A stretch of 32,000 bases of DNA. It comes from Saccharolobus solfataricus (GTDB lineage Archaea; Thermoproteota; Thermoprotei_A; Sulfolobales; Sulfolobaceae). Below the pieces are notes generated by a model that did no database searches, was not told where the DNA came from, and saw only the letters and a program-made list of their open reading frames with translations. Below, in pieces: positions 20,345-29,294 of this stretch. The position numbers and the translations under genes were made by a program. Every line of letters begins with the position of its first letter. The stretch's first letter is position 1. The DNA is taken from contig NZ_LT549890.1 of NCBI RefSeq assembly GCF_900079115.1, positions 1,500,001-1,532,000 of the forward strand. The letters run 5' to 3'.

Positions 20345-22231
20345 ATGGAATATGAGACTATACTCAAGTTGTTCTCTCTTGTTTACATTATTATAATGAT
20401 GACAATTGATTTTTGGATATTTGGTTTGATTTTAAGAAGAGAATACGTAAGGGTTAAGGGTTTGTTAATAATTCTTTCGATAGTATTGATGATGGGTTTG
20501 GAAAGTTTAGCGTTAGCTCAGCTTAATGTATTACTTTTCATATCTGGAATGCTTCTAGTATTGATACCTCTGTTTATATCATTCCTAATAAAGGACCATA
20601 GTATTAACGTTAATAGAAATTGGAAATATGGGTTATTATTATCATCGGTTATAGTTTTCGATGAGTTAGCAATGGGTTATCTTTATGGTAATTACTTCAC
20701 TCCCTTACCTAATCCTTTACTTACCGCGATTAATAATCCAGCCTATGGTGCCATGATGTTAGGTGATGCGATTTTCTTCCTCTATATATTGAGGAGAAGA
20801 AGCATTATGGAGTTCGCTATAACCACATTTGCCATTTCCATGGCTTTCATGCCCTCCCTTTATTTGATGGATAGAATGCTTGAGTTCATAATGTCAATTT
20901 TGACCTCACTTTTTATGATAGTAAACATCGTGTTGTTATACTTAACAGAAATGAGAATGTTAACATTTCAAGGACAATTAGTTGCGATCTCTCTATCCTT
21001 GTTCAATCTCCTAATGATGCTCGGTTTAACCTTTTTTGCTTCACTTAGCAACTTATATTTCCTTACCCTATCTATGATTGCGTCAATGGTTTGGTACTTC
21101 TTTTTGATATTTTACAATGTTCCTGCTAAGAAAATCTCACCTAAACCTTTCCTCTTCCTTGTATTAGTAAACTTAACAGAATTGGCAATGGGTTTTGGAG
21201 AGAGTGTATTAGGGTTTAATCTGACTAACTCACTCTTCGTTAATACGATGAACTGCGAGATGATGATAGGTTCACATATGATGAGATCGCCTTTCAATAA
21301 TCCGTTTTGGTGGTTATTCCCAATTAATCCTTTAACAATGATTACTATGACAATAATGAAGTACAATTTACTTGGTAAACTAGTGATGGTACCATTCATG
21401 ACTATAATGACAACTACCATGGCCCCATTTTACGTAATAATGATGGGCGCTGAGATGAGTTATTTAGTTTATGAGAGGTTTAAGAAAGTTAAGACAAGAT
21501 ATTTAAAGGCGTGGACTTTAGGTATTCTAACCGGGATACCAATATTCGTAGTTTTGATCCCTTACTATACAAACTATTATATTTTCGGAATGAGTGGTAT
21601 GATATTTCCCGTGACTTTAGCACCTTTCGTAATTTCCCTAGTCGTTATTGCATTATTTTCAACATTATTTGGCAGGGGTGTTTATTGTAACCTTGTTTGT
21701 ATGTCCGCTCACATGTGGTCTAATGTGTTCTATGAACAATTTTCAGCTAAGAAAAACAGTAAGTTTTGGGACTACTTGAGGTGGATTTTTCTCGTGCCAT
21801 TGATCATCGCATTTTACCTTTTCGTGATGATGGGTTTAGGGAAAATTAAGCTTCCTATTGATCCCTTAGACTTTTACGGTATGTTTACGTTAAACTACAT
21901 ATGGTGGTTCTTTTACTTTTTAACTCCAATTTTTGGAATATATTCATGTGCTAGGCAAGGCTGGTGTGGTTTCGGCACTTTCAATGGAATATTTAACAAG
22001 GTGTTGTTTAAGATTAGGGCCAAAGACGTTAATACTTGCAAAGAATGCGTTAGTAAGGAATGTGATACTTCTTGCCCAGTTAAGATACCTATTAGTAACG
22101 ATATTTTGAAAAAAGGTTATTCTAATAGGATAAGTTGTATTGTATGTGCTAGGTGTGTCGATGCTTGTGACAATGTTGAAATTGTTAATGTTGTAACTAT
22201 TCTGAAAAATAGAGAAAGTAAAAGTTTTTAA
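20345..22231 (+). CDS. Polytopic methionine-rich membrane protein with C-terminal NapH/NosR-like region and 2x[4Fe-4S] ferredoxin domain
   Basis: About 440 aa of TM segments rich in Met (for example MTIMTTTMAPFYVIMMGAEM). Then YCNLVCMSAH and GWCGFGTF (degenerate CxxxCP-type membrane-proximal motifs), followed by CKECVSKECDTSCP and CIVCARCVDAC. Confidence 0.6.
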   Translation: MEYETILKLFSLVYIIIMMTIDFWIFGLILRREYVRVKGLLIILSIVLMMGLESLALAQLNVLLFISGMLLVLIPLFISFLIKDHSINVNRNWKYGLLLSSVIVFDELAMGYLYGNYFTPLPNPLLTAINNPAYGAMMLGDAIFFLYILRRRSIMEFAITTFAISMAFMPSLYLMDRMLEFIMSILTSLFMIVNIVLLYLTEMRMLTFQGQLVAISLSLFNLLMMLGLTFFASLSNLYFLTLSMIASMVWYFFLIFYNVPAKKISPKPFLFLVLVNLTELAMGFGESVLGFNLTNSLFVNTMNCEMMIGSHMMRSPFNNPFWWLFPINPLTMITMTIMKYNLLGKLVMVPFMTIMTTTMAPFYVIMMGAEMSYLVYERFKKVKTRYLKAWTLGILTGIPIFVVLIPYYTNYYIFGMSGMIFPVTLAPFVISLVVIALFSTLFGRGVYCNLVCMSAHMWSNVFYEQFSAKKNSKFWDYLRWIFLVPLIIAFYLFVMMGLGKIKLPIDPLDFYGMFTLNYIWWFFYFLTPIFGIYSCARQGWCGFGTFNGIFNKVLFKIRAKDVNTCKECVSKECDTSCPVKIPISNDILKKGYSNRISCIVCARCVDACDNVEIVNVVTILKNRESKSF

Positions 22232-22253
22232 ATTAGTAATTAGAATATCTTAT

Positions 22254-23147
22254 ATGTCACAACAGAATACGGAATTGGAAGGAATAGGAAAATTAAGGAG
22301 CGGCTCCCTCTTTATGATACTTGCCGTGTTACTTGCCGCAATAGGAATTCTAGTAATTATATCTGCAGGTATGCTCGGTGGTATGTTTTCCGCTGCGAGC
22401 GGTAACGTTAGCGGAGTAATCGCCAGTGGTATTGGCCTTTTAGTAGGAATTGCTATAGTAATACTAATTGGCGCTATTATAGGGCTAATAGGTATATTGA
22501 GAATAAGGAGTGGTTTCGGTATTTTGAAAAGCCTAGGTAGAGATGTAGGAATAGGTGAAATTGGAACTACCCTCTATCTAGTGGGACTAATTATTATCAT
22601 TATTGGAGCATTGCTTACAATTGTATTGATAGGATTCCCAATATTGATTTTAGGAGAAATAATAGCGCTGATTGGTGGGATATTAATTGGTATAGGGTTT
22701 TACAAGGTTGGTGAAATATATAATGAGGGATTAGTTAAGATTGGTGGGATATTAATAGTAATACCCATAGATCTTATTAATTTCGTCGGCTTTATTTTGG
22801 CATATGTAGGTCTAGGTAAAGTAAGACCGTTACCAACTGTTGCACAGCAACCTTTAGTTCCCCAAGTTTATCAAGTGGGTCAAGGGACTATAAGGAATAA
22901 TGGCTATGCTTATATTACATTATACTCATCAACCCCAGCTAGCATTATATCTGCGAAAATTGAGGGTGCGAATATTATGTCAAGTGCAATAAATCCTACT
23001 GTATTGCAAATCGGTAATAATGAGGTAACAATATTCTTTGGAAATGTTCAATCATTAGCTCCAAATACTACTTACATTATAACACTAACGATAAACATTG
23101 GAGGGAATATAATTAACATATCTACAACAGCCGTTTATCAACCATAA
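22254..23147 (+). CDS. Gly/Ile-rich polytopic membrane protein with C-terminal beta-rich soluble domain
   Basis: Repeated GxxxG-type hydrophobic helices (GIGLLVGIAIVILIGAIIGLIG, LIGGILIGIGF), then about 100 aa of Thr/Asn/Ile-rich sequence. I am not confident about the family. Confidence 0.55.
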   Translation: MSQQNTELEGIGKLRSGSLFMILAVLLAAIGILVIISAGMLGGMFSAASGNVSGVIASGIGLLVGIAIVILIGAIIGLIGILRIRSGFGILKSLGRDVGIGEIGTTLYLVGLIIIIIGALLTIVLIGFPILILGEIIALIGGILIGIGFYKVGEIYNEGLVKIGGILIVIPIDLINFVGFILAYVGLGKVRPLPTVAQQPLVPQVYQVGQGTIRNNGYAYITLYSSTPASIISAKIEGANIMSSAINPTVLQIGNNEVTIFFGNVQSLAPNTTYIITLTINIGGNIINISTTAVYQP

Positions 23148-23275
23148 TTTAATAAATAAGTGGAATTTTTAATTTTTTACGTAATGAATTCCTGATACAA
23201 ATCCCTTTAGCCAATCTCTTTCAATATGATATTTGGATAAAGCTTATTAAATCAGCACATGAAATTGCTATAGCC

Positions 23276-24775
23276 ATGAGACCTAAAATGTTACTCTTAA
23301 TTCCTATACTCCTTTCCCTACCAACACTTGCTCTTGCTGCTAACTCTTCATCACCTTCACTCTACGTAATGTATCAACAATATTCATCAACACTCCAGAT
23401 TACCCCATCTCATATAACGTACAAATACTCGTCAAGTTTTTATAACACTACAACGTCCTCAACCAATGACGAGAGGACAATAAAATACAATAGTAACTCA
23501 TTTAATGTAAATGTAGGTCCCTTAACTAATTATACGGGAAAAGTAAGCGTAAATGTAAGCCCGTTCAGTATAAGTATTACATCACAAATACCGCAATTAG
23601 CTAGAGTGTTACTAATTGAACCAGGGTTAATAGAAGAGGTAGTATGGGCTGGTTTTACAAATACTACAACCACGGTGAAGGGACTGACGTATTTTAACAA
23701 TACTGCAACTCTAGTATTACAGTTCCTAAATGGTAGTAATTTCGCCAATATAACATTTACAATATCACACACTCAAACAACGTATCAAAAGGCGTTAACG
23801 CTATTATTACATAAGGTTAACTTAACGATGACTGGAGAATATCAGCTTACTTTAACTATACAAGGAACACAACCGCAGAGGTATAGTAAGATGGAGTTCA
23901 ATTATGAAGGGATAAGGGCTCAAGCACCTTACAATACTTCAATAGCCTATTATAATGGGACCTACGTTCCCGCAATGATATGGAGTAGTAAAGCCAGTGG
24001 ACTTTTGGCTACTGAGCTTACGAATTTACAAGGTATTGTGGAGTTCACTGATATTGAATTCTTTGGTGTAAATGGTAGTGTTGTAGGATCTCTGGATAAT
24101 ACTTTCTCCTCAATCTACTTTACTCATCAAGGTTTTATATTAAACATAACGTATAATAGTTTAAATTCTAGAATAAAAATTGTTATTAATCCAAATGCAG
24201 AGTACGCTAAAGCCTCAGTAGCTACTACTGTCTTAGTCAACGGAAATCCTGCAGTTGTAGTTATTACTGATCAAGGAGTAGAGAGTACTGCAACTGTTAA
24301 CTTATACCACAAGGTTATGGTATTTGGCCCAACAACCCTAATTTACGTTAATACTACATCCAGTGGAGCATATATTACCATATTCCCTAATGGATCTTAC
24401 GAGTATGTAAGCCAAGTAGAGCCTAGTGTTACAGTTTCAAATATTACTTTAGGAGGAAAAACCTATACTACACAGATCGTTAACATTAACAATAGTTCAA
24501 ATTACGTGATATTTAACGTTAGTATGGCAAAGAATGAGACGTTTGCCGTTTTTAAACAAGGTAGTAATGGAATGGTTGAATTGAATCCAAATAATTATTT
24601 TATCTATAACGGAAAGATTGTGGTGTTTGACGATCCTTCAATGACTTATTACATAGTATATGGATATCAACCATCTTCTCAGTCATTTAGTATCTCCAGT
24701 AATCTACTTCTTCCCATAATTATTGCGATAGTATTTATAGTAGTTGTAGCGATATTAGCATTAAGGAGAAGATAA
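23276..24775 (+). CDS. Secreted, C-terminally membrane-anchored surface protein with many N-glycosylation sequons
   Basis: Signal peptide MRPKMLLLIPILLSLPTLALA. C-terminal TM plus basic tail LLLPIIIAIVFIVVVAILALRRR. Roughly twenty N-x-S/T sequons by eye (NSS, NTT, NYT, NVS, NGS, NIT, NLT, NET…). Confidence 0.65.
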   Translation: MRPKMLLLIPILLSLPTLALAANSSSPSLYVMYQQYSSTLQITPSHITYKYSSSFYNTTTSSTNDERTIKYNSNSFNVNVGPLTNYTGKVSVNVSPFSISITSQIPQLARVLLIEPGLIEEVVWAGFTNTTTTVKGLTYFNNTATLVLQFLNGSNFANITFTISHTQTTYQKALTLLLHKVNLTMTGEYQLTLTIQGTQPQRYSKMEFNYEGIRAQAPYNTSIAYYNGTYVPAMIWSSKASGLLATELTNLQGIVEFTDIEFFGVNGSVVGSLDNTFSSIYFTHQGFILNITYNSLNSRIKIVINPNAEYAKASVATTVLVNGNPAVVVITDQGVESTATVNLYHKVMVFGPTTLIYVNTTSSGAYITIFPNGSYEYVSQVEPSVTVSNITLGGKTYTTQIVNINNSSNYVIFNVSMAKNETFAVFKQGSNGMVELNPNNYFIYNGKIVVFDDPSMTYYIVYGYQPSSQSFSISSNLLLPIIIAIVFIVVVAILALRRR

Positions 24776-25104
24776 TTTTTATTTCCTATTTATTATGAAT
24801 TTTAGTCATAACAGATTTGGATCGTATTTAAAGATTTGGGATTACATCTCTCATCTGGTGGGCAGTCGAGTGGATCAGAGATCCACTCCCATTCGAATAG
24901 GGGACTTTCATCCATAACGTCTAGTCCCTTAAGAGATACTAGATACTCCTCCCACAGTCCCATTAAGCCCTCAATCGAGCTGGGGAGGAGCATCATTAAC
25001 ATCACTAAAAGAATTTCAGAAAAAAGGATTATTTAAATATAAGGGGGCTATCCATCCCCGCTGGCGAGGCTTTCCGCCCCTTAACCTCCAATTTTTGTAA
25101 AGCA

Positions 25105-25956
25105 TTAAGCTAATGTATACAAGGTATCAATTAGATCCTCCATCTTCACTGAATACACTTCCATCTTACCTTGTCCTTTGGCGGAAATTATCAGAGATAA
25201 TGCCTCAAAACCCGCTTTTACATTACTATCGGATCTGCAAATCGCCCTTTTCATGTCCTTATTTTGAACTATAATGTTACAATTTACTTTACCAAAGTTT
25301 ACCTTAATGAGACCTAAATCTAGCTGAGATACCATCTCGTTAATCTTACTTAATATACTAGTAGCATCTCCACTGAACTCAAATAATGGTGTTAGCGATA
25401 ATCCTTGTGTCGTTTTTTCTTTATCAGTTTCTTTATTAGTTAAACTCCTAATAATGTCTCCATATAATGATGGGAAATATACTCTTGCGTAAGTTGCGAA
25501 ATGGTCTTCTACTATATGCTTTGCGAAATCAACGGCTGACTTTCCTAACATTTTATCTAATAGCGAATCGTTATACTTTACATTCGTCGCAACGTATAGC
25601 CTTGTCTGAGTATCTCCTAAACTTTTTGGCATAAATTCTATTGTAAACTCCAATTTTCCATCATCAGACATACCAGAATATTTTATGCTTTGCATGGTAA
25701 CTTTCGGCCCATTGAAAATCCCCTCAGTGTATTTGAAGTCTTTATTGGTTCTCAATAATATGTACAGAGCTATGAACTCGTCTGTGGGTGCTGATAATTC
25801 CCTAATTCTATCTCCCATGATATACTCATCCTTTTGTTTATCCTTAAATTTTAAAATGGAAATATGTCCACTAACTCCACTAATAAACAGAGGATCCATA
25901 AGGAATTTTCTCACGATCCAAATAGGGGAATTTAATGTCAATTCTGTGCTGTACAT
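25105..25956 (-). CDS. Hypothetical protein; N-terminal half possibly SRPBCC/START-like
   Basis: Clean 283-aa ORF. The fold guess rests only on the N-terminal pattern LNSPIWIVRKFLMDPLF and the length. Confidence 0.4.
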   Translation of the reverse strand: MYSTELTLNSPIWIVRKFLMDPLFISGVSGHISILKFKDKQKDEYIMGDRIRELSAPTDEFIALYILLRTNKDFKYTEGIFNGPKVTMQSIKYSGMSDDGKLEFTIEFMPKSLGDTQTRLYVATNVKYNDSLLDKMLGKSAVDFAKHIVEDHFATYARVYFPSLYGDIIRSLTNKETDKEKTTQGLSLTPLFEFSGDATSILSKINEMVSQLDLGLIKVNFGKVNCNIIVQNKDMKRAICRSDSNVKAGFEALSLIISAKGQGKMEVYSVKMEDLIDTLYTLA

Positions 25957-26134
25957 TCATGGTCATCACAACTTCTTAATATGTCTATTTAAATCTTTTC
26001 CAGTTTAGTTTTCGACTTATTTTTAATTTTTATAGAAAGTTTATCGATAAGCTATAGAGTCTTTTTCGATAGGTAGATATATATTGTTAGGAATTTATAC
26101 ATTTCTACCGATCTCAAATATTATGATTTTTAAA

Positions 26135-27046
26135 TTAATATAATATAAGAAATATTATAGCAATTATTGTACTAATAGGTGTTAATATTAAGGTGGATTT
26201 CACTATGATTTCTGTGCCAAAACCATAAACTCTAGCCCAAACCACGTTTGTTATTGCTGGAGCCATAATCGCTGTTACCATAACTTGCTCGATAATTATC
26301 TTGGAAGTGATACCTAGAGAAATTAAGATAAGAAATATTAGGATTGGGCTAATAAGAATTCTTGATATATAAATTATCATGTAAGGCTTTGACGTAACAT
26401 CTTTAATCCTCATTTCACCAATTACTCTTCTTATTTGATAACCGAATTCATAAAGTACTATTAAGATGAGAATCAAATTTATTGTATTAACGATGTCAAC
26501 GTTTATAACTGAGCCTACAACATAATGTAAACTACCACCTATTAGAAAAGTTATTACAGGGAGATATCTTGAAAGATTTGTTCTTATTATTGAATTATTT
26601 GTAGTATTGTGTATCACGCTTATACCCTTGTTTAAATACGTAAAAATTATCATCACTATCGGTAGCCTTAATGTAGCCATCGCCACTGCAACCGTTGCAG
26701 AGATTTCATAATTCCCCCTAAACGCTAGGAGTATTGAGAAAGGTAAATTAATTGTATTCATGAAGATTGAGTTTATTAAAACAGACCCTCTACTAAATGG
26801 TTCGATTTCTCTGGTTAAGTATAAAACTATCACAAACATTAAGAAATTATAAATTACAGAGGTTAGGAAAATCTTAGCGTCACTTACCTCAAAACCCCTC
26901 TGAAGATATGTGACGAGAAATATCAAAGGTAAGTTTATCCAGTTGTTTACAAAACTTACTATTCTCACGGATAACCTATTGTGAAGGAAATACCCTAAAA
27001 TTGCTGACAACACTAGAAAGAGGCCTTGAAGCTGAAATATATCCAC
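26135..27046 (-). CDS. Polytopic membrane protein, possibly an AEC (auxin efflux carrier) family permease
   Basis: 303 aa with about 10 hydrophobic segments. The family assignment is a guess from size and topology. Confidence 0.4.
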   Translation of the reverse strand: MDIFQLQGLFLVLSAILGYFLHNRLSVRIVSFVNNWINLPLIFLVTYLQRGFEVSDAKIFLTSVIYNFLMFVIVLYLTREIEPFSRGSVLINSIFMNTINLPFSILLAFRGNYEISATVAVAMATLRLPIVMIIFTYLNKGISVIHNTTNNSIIRTNLSRYLPVITFLIGGSLHYVVGSVINVDIVNTINLILILIVLYEFGYQIRRVIGEMRIKDVTSKPYMIIYISRILISPILIFLILISLGITSKIIIEQVMVTAIMAPAITNVVWARVYGFGTEIIVKSTLILTPISTIIAIIFLILY

Positions 27047-27351
27047 TTTATAGGTACAATAGCAACAACTTTTATTTTTTATCTCAATAAGGCTAACGGA
27101 TGTCCTTACACAATAAGAATGTGTAAAACATCAGAAAAATACCGCAATACTTCAAGTTTTAACGTAAACCATATGTAGTTCACTAAGGGGAAGTTGACTA
27201 GAAGTCATTATAACGTAGTAACATTAAACTATCCAAGAGTTCACATATACCGAATCGGAAGCGCATATAAAGAGAAGAGATAACGAAAATAGTTGAGTGT
27301 ATCGAAAGTGTCATCATTAAGCTATTTATATTTATATATTGAGTATTACTT

Positions 27352-27769
27352 ATGGATAGGAAACCCGTAACTAGCAGGATATTTCTTGCCCCTCTTGTGG
27401 TTCTCATCATGTAGTTAAGTGTGGTAGGCCTTTGGGTAGGCAGAGGTATTTGTGTAGAGATTGCGGTAGGTACTTCTTGGTGGGTGATACTTCTAATCAT
27501 CATTATCATGAAAAGCCTAGGGAGGAGAATTTGAGGATGCTAACGGTATGAGTATGAGGGCTATTTCCGCTTTAAACGTTCCCTTGGATACTGTGTTCAC
27601 TTTGATTAAGCATCATGGTAGAAAAAGGTATAAGAAGTTAGTCCAGTTATGGAGTAAGGCTAAGGAGTTGGTCAAAGGTAGAAGTACTGGAAAGATTGTA
27701 GTTGAGATGTGGACTTACTTGTTTACGAATACTAGGGCTTTTTATAAGTGGGAGTTTAGTGATGGTTAA
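27352..27769 (+). pseudogene. IS1-family transposase remnant (InsA-like zinc finger and HTH plus the start of InsB), frameshifted and 3'-truncated
   Basis: MDRKPVTSRI (frame A), then SCPSCGSHHVVKCGRPLGRQRYLCRDCGRYF (frame B, zinc-ribbon), then MSMRAISALNVPLDTVFTLIKHHG (frame C, HTH), then VVEMWTYLF (like the IS1 DEMW block), after which the similarity ends. Confidence 0.65.
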
Positions 27770-27865
27770 GTACTCACTAGTCCTAGTATTGTGAGATAGG
27801 GCTATCCCTAAATTTATAACATAATGACGACACTATGAACACACTCAAATAGTTTCAAGTTAAAC

Positions 27866-27872
27866 TTTTAAA
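27866..27872 (+). promoter_or_regulatory. TATA box (TTTTAAA) for a leaderless GntR-operon transcript
   Basis: It ends 23 nt upstream of the ATG at 27895, the spacing expected for a leaderless Sulfolobales mRNA. Confidence 0.5.
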
Positions 27873-27887
27873 CTCATTCTGATATAG

Positions 27888-27910
27888 TTGTTATATGACA
27901 AATATAACAA
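27888..27910. promoter_or_regulatory. Perfect 9-bp inverted repeat TTGTTATAT-N5-ATATAACAA spanning the GntR start codon; candidate autoregulatory operator
   Basis: Arms at 27888-27896 and 27902-27910 are exact reverse complements. The ATG (27895-27897) sits at the inner edge of the left arm and runs 1 nt into the spacer. Confidence 0.5.
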
Positions 27911-28248
27911 TTCGAATAGACCTCAACTCCAAAAAGCAGATCTACGAACAGATAGCTAATCAAATAATTGAACTAATAGCTAAGGGAGTATTAAATCCTG
28001 GAGATCCTTTACCCTCAGTTAGGGAAATGGCTGCAATGTTAAGTGTGAATATGTTAACCGTGGAGAAGGCATACAAATATCTGGAAGGTGAAGGATTTGT
28101 AACCGTTTACAAGAAGAGATTCGTAGTCAAGACTGATATAAGGGATGAGAAGTGGAAGGAATTGATGAAAGAAGCCGTTTATAGGGCTTTGGCTGGTGGC
28201 GCTAAAAGGGATGAGATTCTCTTCTTTATATCAGCTTTGTTGAGGTGA
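27895..28248 (+). CDS. GntR-family transcriptional regulator, YtrA subfamily (short effector domain)
   Basis: IYEQIANQIIELIAKGVLNPGDPLPSVREMAAMLSVNMLTVEKAYKYLEGEGFV is the canonical GntR winged-HTH. The 117-aa length fits the YtrA type. Confidence 0.85.
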   Translation: MTNITIRIDLNSKKQIYEQIANQIIELIAKGVLNPGDPLPSVREMAAMLSVNMLTVEKAYKYLEGEGFVTVYKKRFVVKTDIRDEKWKELMKEAVYRALAGGAKRDEILFFISALLR

Positions 28249-28253
28249 AAAAC

Positions 28254-29288
28254 ATGACACTTTTAGATATAATCATTTACGTGGAGTTCACATTTCTCTT
28301 TATCAATTTATTCCTATTACCTAACTTACAACCTCCAGATATCCTCCTTGGGGCCAGGGTAACTACGGAGTTTAAAAAGAATAAGGGCAAGGATATAGTT
28401 AATAAGTATAGATTATCCCTAATTGGTTTAACGTTGCTATCCCTTTTGCTTTATTATTTCGTAAGCTTTATTTCAGTTTTCATTTACGTTATTCTCCTTT
28501 TATTAAACGTTGTTTATTGGAGGAGGATTGTGATAAGACGTAGGGGGAGTCTACCGGTGGCTTCTTCCAGATATGCTGTAATTGACACCAAAAAGAAGGA
28601 AAGTAGAAAGTGGATAATTACTTTCATAGTAGCGTGGGGGATCTTGATATTTACATTGGTTTTTGGATCCCTAGTATACTCCTCTGCACCTAAATTACTT
28701 CCTACTCACGTTGGTCCTACTGGTACAACTTTTCTCGTTAAGACTCCATTAAACTTTTATAAGGTCGAAATAATTAATACTGTCGTTTTAGGGTTATTAA
28801 CAGTACTGGGAGTCTTCATTACAAGAACTACTAACGTAATTAACCCAGCATATCCAGATAGAAGCTATTACGCATTTCTTAAATTTAAGGAAGAAGTAGG
28901 AATTATTGCAGGGATTGTTGGAGTCTTTATGACTTCACTATATACTACAATATCGCTCTTCATATGGACAATAATAAACTTAAGCGAACTTGAAGTTTTT
29001 ATAATCTTTCTCATATCTATGCTCTTCACAGTTATCATAGTTTACGTGCTTAGAATTGGTATTGAAGGTGCTAGATATCTAAGAGATGTTATAGCTAATG
29101 ATAACTTACTTAATGACGATAAATATTGGAAGGGAGGAATAATATATGTTAACCCAAAAGACCCGAGAATATGGGTTCCAAAAAGAAATGGTTTAGGTTA
29201 CACATTAAATTTCGGTCATGGAATTTCAATTTTGATTATCCTAGCCGTAGTTTTTGCTGTAATAACTACAATAATCCTTGTTAGGTGA
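28254..29288 (+). CDS. Membrane protein with DUF1648/DUF5808-like organisation
   Basis: GAGGTGA Shine-Dalgarno motif (28242-28248) overlaps the GntR stop, 5 nt before the ATG at 28254. Multiple TM segments. The C-terminal motif YWKGGIIYVNPKDPRIWVPKRNGLGYTLNFGH matches my memory of DUF5808. Confidence 0.6.
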   Translation: MTLLDIIIYVEFTFLFINLFLLPNLQPPDILLGARVTTEFKKNKGKDIVNKYRLSLIGLTLLSLLLYYFVSFISVFIYVILLLLNVVYWRRIVIRRRGSLPVASSRYAVIDTKKKESRKWIITFIVAWGILIFTLVFGSLVYSSAPKLLPTHVGPTGTTFLVKTPLNFYKVEIINTVVLGLLTVLGVFITRTTNVINPAYPDRSYYAFLKFKEEVGIIAGIVGVFMTSLYTTISLFIWTIINLSELEVFIIFLISMLFTVIIVYVLRIGIEGARYLRDVIANDNLLNDDKYWKGGIIYVNPKDPRIWVPKRNGLGYTLNFGHGISILIILAVVFAVITTIILVR

Positions 29289-29294
29289 TGGAGA

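Noticed and set aside
21112-21420. 102-aa minus-strand ORF
   Set aside because: It is antisense within the membrane ferredoxin gene, and its Ile/Val-rich sequence mirrors hydrophobic codons.
23530-23772. 80-aa minus-strand ORF
   Set aside because: It is antisense within the surface glycoprotein gene.
25685-26008. 107-aa plus-strand ORF
   Set aside because: It is antisense to the better-supported 283-aa ORF (25105-25956).
27198-27509. 103-aa minus-strand ORF
   Set aside because: It overlaps the IS1-family remnant, whose zinc-ribbon and HTH motifs are on the plus strand, and its sequence has no recognisable features.
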